Shown: positions 23,751 through 33,415 of the stretch, piece after piece | Layout of the letters: each line of letters starts with the position of its first letter | Numbering within the stretch: position 1 is the stretch's first letter | Assembly: GCA_002269645.1 (NCBI GenBank) | Contig: NIVC01004409.1 | Coordinates: 1-46,853 of the forward strand | Direction: 5' to 3' | Length of the DNA: 46,853 bases | Source of the DNA: Macrostomum lignano | Lineage: Eukaryota | The notes under the pieces: model-generated | What the model was told of the DNA's origin: nothing | The model's database searches: none | What the model saw: the letters and a program-made list of their open reading frames with translations, nothing else | Position numbers and translations under genes: made by a program

Positions 23751-24662
23751 AATGAATCCGAAAATCAACATTGTGGTAGTAACGACGCATTTCGCACTCC
23801 TAGGTGCATCTTCAGGTTTATTTTTTCAACAACGAAATTAAACAGGTTTTGCGAATAAATATGTGAAGTTGGTTATAGGTAAACAAGAAAAATTAGAAAA
23901 ATTATTGAACAAATCGATATTGGAGAACACATGAGTTAGTCCATACGGCAGAGTGAAGTCCGGGGGCGGAAAGAATGTACACCCAGTACTCTCTCTCATC
24001 AAGACACAGAGTAGGTGACCCGCGCCACTATGTTGGAGTTGTGTGTTTAGGCTGGGTGACTGGGCTTTTGTTGGCCGGTTAAAGTCGCGTGTCCCCCGTG
24101 CTCTGCGTGCTGGTGTCGTCTATAAATTCAACTGCTCTGTTGACCAGAGCGTCTCCTACGTGGGGAAAACTAAAAGACACCTACACACCAGAACCAGGGA
24201 GCACTGGCTCAAACTGTCTGCTATACAAGATTACTTACTGCATTGTAGTAGCTGCTCTAACTGCAACCCAAACAAGCACTTTAAAATCATTGACCAATGT
24301 CAATCGGACTTCAAACTTAGAATTCTTGAGGCCATGCACATTAAAGCCCAGTCACCCAGCCTAAACACACAACTCCAACATAGTGGCACGGGTCACCTAC
24401 TCCGTGTATTTTGATGAAAGAGAGTACTGGGTGTACATTCTTTCCGCCCCCGGACTTCACTCTGCTGTACGGACTAACTCATGTGTTCTCCAATATCGAT
24501 GTGTTCAATAATTTTTCTAATTTTTCTTGTTTACCTATAACCAACTTCACATATTTATTCGCAAAACCTGTTTAATTTCGTTGTTGAAAAAATAAACCTG
24601 AAGATGCACCTAGGAGTGCAAAATGCGTCGTTAGTCACATAATGTTGATTTTTGGATTCATT
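23751..24662 (+). mobile_element. 5'-truncated Penelope-like retroelement: GIY-YIG endonuclease C-terminus flanked by inverted pseudo-LTRs
   Basis: Sense coding 24069-24414 reads GVVYKFNC...SYVGKTKRHLHTRTREH...LRILEAMHIK...PSLNTQ. Arms 23751-24068 and 24343-24662 are near-perfect reverse complements, the typical architecture of truncated Penelope copies. Confidence 0.9.
23781..23819 (-). ncRNA. Minimal type I hammerhead ribozyme motif in the Penelope pLTR
   Basis: Minus strand AAAC-CUGAAGA-U-GCAC-CUAGGA-GUGC-GAAA-UGCGUC-GUU: conserved core, stem II GCAC/GUGC, wobble-palindromic stem III AUGCGU, GUC triplet at 23786-23784, short AAC/GUU stem I. The copy in the other arm (24594-24632) has GAAA changed to AAAA at 24620. 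Confidence 0.7.
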
Positions 24663-26692
24663 TTCCTTTTACTAGCCAAGTGAGCTACACTACTCGGTAT
24701 ATTTTAATATCTTACATAAGGCTATAGCCATAGGCTATATAGCCTATATGACTTAATAGGATTTAAAGAGTTATTTTGTTTCATATTTTAAGGCAGTGCA
24801 TGAAAAATAGCTTAAGCATGGTTAAGCCTTTAAAGAAAAATGGTTATAAGACCGCACCTAAACTGCTCCTACTTTTTTAATTTCAGGGTGCAATTTTAAA
24901 ATTTAAGGTGCATACACATACTCTGCGCACAAAAAAACCCTGGCGCCTCAGGCTCTAGTACATACCTGAATTTCATGAATTTATAGATAAGCCTAAAAAT
25001 AATCATGACTCATGGGAATATGTCTTTTTGAAAGAATTTCAGTGAATAAATGATTTTTGTAGGCCTATTTAAACTAGGCCTAGGCATAAAACTAAAAAGC
25101 CATGTTTTAGTAGGCTAGGCTGATACCTACCAGTACCACAATTTATATACACTTTCTTCAAGCCTTCCATTAGGCCTAGGCTAGGCTCTTTAGGACTAAG
25201 AAGTCAATAAAGTCAATACATGCAAAAATGAAATCGAAAATTCCCTATTATGTCTTTATTTGGGCTATTACTGGTAGTGATAGGCCCTAAGCTTGCCAAT
25301 GTAGGGTATACCATGTCAATACGCCTACTTAAACGACTTCAAAGTATTAAAATTCTACTTAAAACCTTCAAATCTTGTCTGTCACACAATAGTAACACAC
25401 TGATACGTCATGTTGCACAACAATCGCGTAAATCAGCTGTGCTGTACCGTGTGCATAATTTTAGATATTACAATCGCATAGCTACATACAAACAACTCAT
25501 TTTTAGTATATAGGATTTTTTACACTGTTCTGTAATTTAAAGGCCTCCCTGCCATTATATCTTATCTTCTATTTTTCTGCTTCCAAAAATTTTTTCAAAT
25601 GGCAACAGACAGTTTTATTATACATTTAAATAATGATTTTACAAAAGCTTTTTTGTTAGTTGAATATCAATTGTTTTGTTTGAAGTTCAGACTGTATTTT
25701 CGCGCGAATCTTCCGTAATAATGAAGTTATTGCTGTGTCAAATGTTCACGAAATGGACCATTTTTTATTGGATGACTTCAACGAGTCATACATGCATTCT
25801 GTAATCTGTTATCTTTCAGGAAGCGAAAGTTTACCATGCCAATTTTTCAACCTGTTTTCCAAGAACATCGGGAATTGACATGAAAATTCATCAAGTTAGA
25901 CCGGTTGCGTTAAGCGTTAGAAGTAAGTAGTAGTTAGTTATATGCGCTCATGCATTGATGGAGCAACCTCGATGACGAGACTCGGACAGGTCGACCGCCC
26001 AGCTTCTGCTGTTATATTGAAGAAAACATCGCTGCTGTCGAGATGATCGACATTAATTGACCGCGGCAAGTAAACCTGCTGTGCAGAAAAATCAGATCGG
26101 GGCTCTGGCATTAGATCGGCAGAGGATATGTAACATGTACAACGTCCATACATTCTGTGCGACAAGCTGGGAGCCTCCATATGTGGCCTATATGCCACAA
26201 TCTGACCGAGGACCAATATAAAGGCGGAGAGAGGGTGCGTTAGTGCAAGGTTTATGCTCAAAAGATTCGACTCATTGAACCCTCAAAAAGCGATGCTGGG
26301 ATCGATCATGACGGGTACGTAATGAGGAGTTAAGGTTCTCCCGGAAAACTACCAGGAAACCACAGTCCACGGTTTGGCTCGATCCCGACGATGCTACCCC
26401 AACAAATTGTCAAGCGTACTTGCAGCGTCGGAAAGCAGATGGTCGTGGCAATTTCTTCAGCCAAGGCTGGCCACCTGGCGCGACTGCATGTAGCGCTCCA
26501 GGACAGGCGGCGTACAGTCAATTCCCGATTATTGTTTATCACCTGTGCCTGTCGCTTGTACATGTTCAATGCAAACGCCGGCCGAGCACCGGGCTTCTTA
26601 TCGTGGTTTGCTGCTTATAACCAGGACAACCCCAGGTGCTCACTAGCTACGACATAGGTATTTCTGCATGGCCGAGAATTGATCGTCTGACT

Positions 26693-27520
26693 GGTGGCGC
26701 ATCCTGCATATTCCAATGTAGTCCAATAGATGGTGACGCATCCTGCATAATTCCAATGTAGTCCAGCAGATGGTGACGCATCCTGCATATTCCTGTGTAC
26801 ATGCAGTCCAGCAGCTGGTGACGCATCCTGCATGCATATTCCAATGTAGTCCAGCAGCTGGTGACGCATCCTGCATAATTCCAATGGAGTCCAGCTGGTG
26901 ACGGATCCTGCATATTCCAATGTAGTCCAGCAGCTGGTGACGCATCCTGCATGCATATTCCAATGTAGTCCAGCTGGTGACGCATCCTGCATATTCCAAT
27001 GTAGTCCAGCAGCTGGTGACGCATCCTGCATGCATAATTCCAATGTAGTCCAGCTGGAGACGCATCCTGCATATTCCAATGTAGTCCAGCTGGTGACGCA
27101 TCCTGCATATTCCAATGTAGTCCAGCAGCAGCAGCTGGTGACGCATCCTGCATGCATAATTCCAATGTAGTCCAGCTGGAGACGCATCCTGCATATTCCA
27201 ATGTAGTCCAGCAGCTGGTGACGCATCCTGCATGCATATTCCAATGTAGTCCAGCAGCTGGTGACGCATCCTGCATGCATAATTCCAATGTAGTCCAGCT
27301 CGAGACGCATCCTGCATATTCCAATGTAGTCCAGCAGCTGGTGACGCATCCTGCATGCATATTCCAATGTAGTCCAGCAGCTGGTGACGCATCCTGCATG
27401 CATAATTCCAATGTAGTCCAGCTCGAGACGCATCCTGCATATTCCAATGTAGTCCAGCAGCTGGTGACGCATCCTGCATGCATGTAGTCCAGCTGGTGAC
27501 GCACCCTGCATATTCCATAT
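26693..27520. repeat. 36-43-bp minisatellite (catattccaatgtagtccagc[agc]tggtgacgcatcctg[catg])n
   Basis: Directly visible. Confidence 0.95.
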
Positions 27521-28029
27521 AATTTAGTCCAGCTGCCTAGCTGGTGCAGATTTTCCCGTTCAATTTCAACAAAATTTGCAATACAATTAACAAAACTCGA
27601 CAGTTAGACTTTCAAATTAGAGAAAGCGAACTTCAATTTATTTATCAGATATTCGTTTTAGAGTGGATTTTCAATTTAAAACAGTTCCTCTTTTAGAGCG
27701 CTTTGTCTATATGGTCTAAATTCAAGTTCTGCTGGGGCAAAGATCACTTTCAATTTAGACACACTCATCTGAGCCCTTCAGACTTTTGCTTCCGGTAACC
27801 TCTGCCTCTGACCTCGAGAGAGAGAGAATGGGAGACTAATGCGCATTCCGTAAGATGGGCGCCGGACCTCATATCCTAAAATATGTTGTCTTAACTTTCA
27901 ACAACAGTGTGCATGAACGCAAGAGAAAAGAGAAAAGAATTAAAGTAGCAGCATGCAAAAAAATTAACAGTCTAGAGCTGCAGTTTTTATGCTTTGGCTG
28001 CTTTGGCAGTTCATTCATTCATCAACCCA

Positions 28030-28300
28030 TTCCGTCACCGTGGATTGGCACACGTGCCAGGCATCTTGGCACATAAGAGGAACCTGGTGGGTGTATTGGC
28101 ATTTTCCGTGTCGCCGGCCCGTTCGAATGATTGAGTATGCCGTTGTCCTTTTGATATTCATCGTGCCGCAAAATGCAGAAAGTCCTCCTTCGTCGCGTTG
28201 TTATGATCGCATCCAGCAGGCGCGCTCGATATCCTGATTCGTGATTCGCTCGTACGGGTCGCGGCCATCAACGTCGCTTCCTGCGTCTTCTTCGTTGCTT
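28030..28300 (-). mobile_element. Probable degenerate Tc1/IS630-like transposase N-terminal HTH remnant
   Basis: Frameshifted pieces YERITNQDIER, EDFLHFAA, MNIKRTTAYSIIR and HVCQSTVTEWVD resemble the two HTH motifs of Tc1-like transposases; no TIRs or DDE domain seen. Confidence 0.35.
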
Positions 28301-28703
28301 CCATTGACTTCTTCATCGCTTCTTCACCTTTTCTTTCATGTTCGCGTGCGTTAATTAGATCAGTAGACAGATATCCTTCACAAAATAGATCATTCCCCTT
28401 GTTCTCTCTTGCCAACGACTGCCGTTTTATCATGGTGGTAAAATTCAAGGTTACAAGGCCTAAAATTGTTATAATTTACAGCCTCAATATCGTCCATCGG
28501 TTCCCCCCATAGACAATTAAACTGAGTACTGTACATGTAAGCGAAGAGGTCAGAGATGTATTTACGAGAAAAGTATACCAGTCACAAATATTACAAAACC
28601 GACTAATCAAGTATATAATCATGGATGTTTAATGCGCATTCTAGGGTTAGAAAGTCCGAGGCTGCATTTGATGGTCTCGAGGCGAGCGAAGCGAGCGAGC
28701 GAA

Positions 28704-28925
28704 GCCTCTCCGCCCCCCCGAGTTCCTGAATCTGCCTCTCCGCCCCCCCCCCAGAGTTCCTGAATCTGTCTCTCCGCCCCCCCAGAGTTCCTGAATCTGC
28801 CTCTCCGCCCCCCCCCAGAGTTCCTGAATCTGCCTCTCCGCCCCCCAGAGTTCCTGAATCTGCCTCTCCGCCCCCAGAGTTCCTGAATCTGCCTCTCCGC
28901 CCCCCCCCCCCAGAGTTATTGAATC
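28704..28925. repeat. 30-34-bp minisatellite (agagttcctgaatctgcctctccg-Cn), copy A
   Basis: Directly visible; same unit as the alpha-SNAP intron array. Confidence 0.92.
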
Positions 28926-28986
28926 TGTCCAATAGTTTCTGATATAGAGTCGAATTCATCAATCACTCCAACCTGCCATTTTGCAG

Positions 28987-29256
28987 CGCCTGCCTCTGCC
29001 ACCTCAACATCGATGTGCTGAACTGCCAGCAGGCCCTAGAAAAGTACGCCGAGATGCACCCGGCGTTCACCGACAGCCGCGAGTACAAGCTGATGGTCAA
29101 GCTAGTTGAAACTGCCAACCCGAGGAGCCGAACGTTGACGAGTTCACCAAAGCTCTGACTGAGTTCGACAGCATCTCCAGGCTGGACCCATGGGCCACTC
29201 GCCGGCTGAACACGGTGAAGAAAGCGCTAAAGGCTGACGAGCCCGAGCTCACCTAA
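28987..29256 (+). pseudogene. Orphan duplicate of the alpha-SNAP last exon with a 1-bp deletion
   Basis: Matches 31743-32013 except ccaacccgagg (near 29119) versus ccaaccccgagg; shared flanks run from the repeat to 29357/32114; no copy of exon 1 upstream. An assembly artefact is not excluded. Confidence 0.75.
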
Positions 29257-29592
29257 GCTTGATAGTGTCGATTGTTATTGAGGAACTAAATCGTAGACGA
29301 TATCTGGGATTACAGCATTGCTAGACACTAACTGGTTGGATGTATTTTTAACATCAGAACTGTCTTGCATTGTGAACCAGTTTTTAAATAATAAGCTGAC
29401 TAGGCCTCCTAATCAATAGAGCACTCAGGAGGATAATGCTAGAGAAACTATCAGCCCTACAATTGTATTGCCTGTGCTCTATTGAGTTCAAGAAAAAAGT
29501 GGAAAAACTGTTCAAAAAAGCCTCAATATGTAGCTTAGGATCATATTCCACATGGAAAAAGTGTCCCAGTATGTCTGCAACTTGAAGTCCAT

Positions 29593-29830
29593 ATGCCTTG
29601 GCCTCTCAATCCAGGTGTCGTTTATAAATTTCATTGTTCTGGTGACCAGAATATTTTGTACATTGGAAAAACTAAGCAACACTTATACACTAGGGTCAAA
29701 GAGCACTGGACCAAAAGATCTGCTATACAAGAGCATCTTCTCACATGCAACTCATGCTATAATAGTAAACCAATTTATTTATTTAAGATTATTAATTCCT
29801 GCTGCCATGAGCACACTTTGAATATCTTAA
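29593..29830 (+). mobile_element. Degenerate Penelope-type GIY-YIG fragment
   Basis: GVVYKFHCSGDQNILYIGKTKQHLYTRVKEHWTKRSAIQEHLLTC aligns motif for motif with the 24069-24414 protein. Confidence 0.8.
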
Positions 29831-30481
29831 AGAAGCTAGGTGCCTTTTTACTTAATCAAGTGAGAAATCAAAAAGAAAAGTTGCTAAAAAACCTTTATAA
29901 TTAATATTCTTATTTGAGTTCTTAGCTATAATTATTGACTTCATAGAACTATGCCTATAATATATTTATATCTATTGTCATATGTATATTTTTAGCCATT
30001 GCTAATTAATATTTCCTCTCTATTATAAAAAATCTTTTTTTCAATATGCAACCTACTTGATTTTATTCAGCTAGTATATCATGTTTCTCATAGTTTTCTA
30101 TGTTTTTGCCCTATATACCCTTTAAAGTTGATTTGGTATTTATACGATCAGTTGTGCAGTATACCTTAAAAGTTTCTATTTTTACACTCTGTAGCCATAG
30201 ACATAATTAACAGCAGATCACTACTAAATTAACCTTATGTCAAAATAATATATAATAGGCCTATCTTCTATATTCAAATCATATATATGTATTTCATATG
30301 CTTTAATAGCTAGGATTTAAATAACTTAGCATATTTGCATTTTAACCTTAATTTTACATTAATTCATCATTAAGCAAGCTGGTAGAATATAATTTGACCT
30401 CTAATCGAATCCAACCTAAATAGTATCCAATGCGCATTCCAGCAAATAGTACACAAAAGACTTAAAAAGCATTAAAGAAAA

Positions 30482-32013
30482 ATGTCAGACGAACTCAAAC
30501 GCGGCCAGGATCTGATGGAGCAGGCAATGAAAAAGCGCGGCGGCGGTGGTGGCGGCCTTTTTGGTCTATTTGGCAAGTCTGGCAAAGACGACGAAGCTGC
30601 CGAGCTGTTTGTCAAAGCGGCCAACGTGTTCAAGATGGGCAAGCACTGGCGCGAGGCCGGCGACGCCTTCAGCAAAGCGGCCGAGGCGCACAGTTCTAAG
30701 AATAGCCGGCACGACTCCGCCTCGGCTCTGGTCGATGCGGCCAATTGTTATCGCAAAGTTAACGGCCAGCAAGCCATTGAGTGTCTGGATTCCGCGATTG
30801 CTATTTACACTGATATGGGCCGGTTCACAATTGCCGCTAAGCACCATATGAGCATTGCGGAGATCTACGAGACCGAGCTGAACGATCCTAAGCTGGCCTC
30901 GCAGCACTATCAGAAGGCTGCCGACTTCTACCGCGGCGAGGAGAGCAACGCCAGCGCCTCCAAGTGCGAGGCCAAGGTCGCCCATCTGGACGCCGACGCC
31001 GGAGATTACATCAACGCCGCCAAGGTGTTTGAGGAGCTGGGCAAGGCCGCTATGGAGAACAGCCTGCTTAAGTATGGCGCCAAGGACCACTTTTTCCGGT
31101 GAGCTGTCTCACATTATCTGTTGTATTGAATTTCCCCCTGATTCATCAGCGTCCTTAAATCTGCCTCTCCGCCCCCTCTCCAGAGTCCTTGAATCTGCCT
31201 CTCCGCCCCCTCTCCAGAGTTCCTGAATCTGCCTCTCCGCCCCCCCCCCAGAGTTCCTGAATCTGCCGCTCCGCCCCCCCCCAGAGTTCCTGAATCTGCC
31301 TCTCCGCCCCCCCCCCCAGAGTTCCTGAATCTGCCTCTCCGCCCACCCCCCGAAGTTCCTGAATCTGCCTCTCCGCCCCCCCCCCCGAGTTCCTGAATCT
31401 GCCTCTCCGCCCCCCCCCCCGAGTTCCTGAATCTGCCTCTCCGCCCCCCCGAGTTCCTGAATCTGCCTCTCCGCCCCCCCGAGTTCCTGAATCTGCCTCT
31501 CCGCCCCCCCCCAGAGTTCCTGAATCTGTCTCTCCGCCCCCCAGAGTTCCTGAATCTGCCTCTCCGCCCCCCCCAGAGTTCCTGAATCTGCCTCTCCGCC
31601 CCCCAGAGTTCCTGAATCTGCCTCTCCGCCCCCAGAGTTCCTGAATCTGCCTCTCCGCCCCCCCCCCAGAGTTATTGAATCTGTCCAATAGTTTCTGATA
31701 TAGAGTCGAATTCATCAATCACTCCAACCTGCCATTTTGCAGCGCCTGCCTCTGCCACCTCAACATCGATGTGCTGAACTGCCAGCAGGCCCTAGAAAAG
31801 TACGCCGAGATGCACCCGGCGTTCACCGACAGCCGCGAGTACAAGCTGATGGTCAAGCTAGTTGAAACTGCCAACCCCGAGGAGCCGAACGTTGACGAGT
31901 TCACCAAAGCTCTGACTGAGTTCGACAGCATCTCCAGGCTGGACCCATGGGCCACTCGCCGGCTGAACACGGTGAAGAAAGCGCTAAAGGCTGACGAGCC
32001 CGAGCTCACCTAA
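30482..32013 (+). CDS. NAPA: Alpha-soluble NSF attachment protein (alpha-SNAP), 2 exons, 295 aa
   Basis: Exons 30482-31098 and 31743-32013 (phase 2, GT-AG). Hallmark motifs: [102 protein letters not shown]. Confidence 0.96.
31158..31684. repeat. 30-34-bp minisatellite, copy B, in the alpha-SNAP intron
   Basis: Directly visible. Confidence 0.95.
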
Positions 32014-32959
32014 GCTTGATAGTGTCGATTGTTATTGAGGAACTAAATCGTAGACGATATCTGGGATTACAGCATTGCTAGACACTAACTGGTTGGATGT
32101 ATTTTTAACATCAGGTGTATAAGTTAAAGAAAAGTACTTGTTGGTTTTTGCTGGTTGAGATTGCCCATTTAATCTTGTTGTTGTCAGAGAGTTTCAATGT
32201 TGTCCCTATAACCACTTTAAAACAAAATTCATTTCGATATGTTTTATCCAGATTGTATCAGTGCCGTCGCGTCTCATGTGTTTATAATTAATAATAAGTT
32301 TAAAATTTTCTCTTTGTAATAAACTTCTTCTAAAAGCACAACAGAATCTTGTCCATATTTTGTAGGATTACTTTACAAAACAAGACATAGGAATTCCTTA
32401 AGTTCAATCCTTATTTGGTTGCATAATATTAATTATTGTGGATAAGTTTTAAACTATCATTTGTTGTCTATTATGTTTGGCAACTTCCTAGCTAGATAGC
32501 ATACTCGTAGAGTAGTATGTGTTGTGTTAACTACTATAATATATTAAATAATTAGTTTATTCTGCATCACCTGGCTTACCAGCTTATTAATAATCAAATA
32601 ATCAGTCAGATCGATTTCAGTGTTTTTTCTACTATTGTTGCACTTTTAAACTAAAATACTATTATTATACAATATAAAGCACGGCAAGTTATACTATATA
32701 TTAATAACCATAATTTTATGGTAAGCAAGTTTTACACATCATAGCTATCGTTGCCCCGCGAGGCACAACTTGTTTTCCTCCGCTTCTTCTATCAATTTTG
32801 TGTCGGACTTTTGTGTTTCATTTCTTTCCAAATGCGCTTGTTGAACCCTGTTCAAGTTGGCACTAGGTCAGCTGGAAGGCTTTTGGACCCCTAGAATCAG
32901 ACCAGACTTTGATCCTCCTCAGCAGTTTCAGGTACCTAAGGTTCCTTCAACCATTTTCA

Positions 32960-33415
32960 GATTCCCCAAATGCTTCCAGATCCCCAAAATGCTTCCAGAT
33001 CCCCAAAATGCTTCCAGATCCCCAAATGCTTCCAGATCCCCAAAATGCTTCCAGATCCCCAAAATGCTTCCAGATCCCCAAATTCTTCCAGATCCCCAAA
33101 TGCTTCCAGATCCCCCAATGCTTCCAGATCCTCCAAATGCTTTTAGATCCCCCAAATGCTTCCAGATCCCTCCAAATGCTTCCAGATCCCTCCAAATGCT
33201 TCCAGATACCCCCAAATGCTTCCAGATCCCTCCAAATGCTTCCAGATACCCCCAAATGCTTCCAGATCCCTCCAAATGCTTCCAGATACCCCCAAATGCT
33301 TCCAGATCCCCCCAAATGCTTCCAGAATCCCCAAGTGCTTTCAGATCCCCCCAAATGCTTCCAGATACCCCCAAATGCTTCCAGAATCCCCAAGTGCTTC
33401 TAGATACCCTTAATG
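32960..33415. repeat. 19-21-bp minisatellite (ccccaaatgcttccagatc)n
   Basis: Directly visible. Confidence 0.93.

Noticed and set aside
26330-26640. Resemblance of PAFALNMYKRQ to TGF-beta prodomains or Tc1 C-termini
   Set aside because: Too short and unsupported by flanking motifs.
26615-27518. Three ~290-aa minus-strand ORFs
   Set aside because: All three frames are open because of the tandem repeat.
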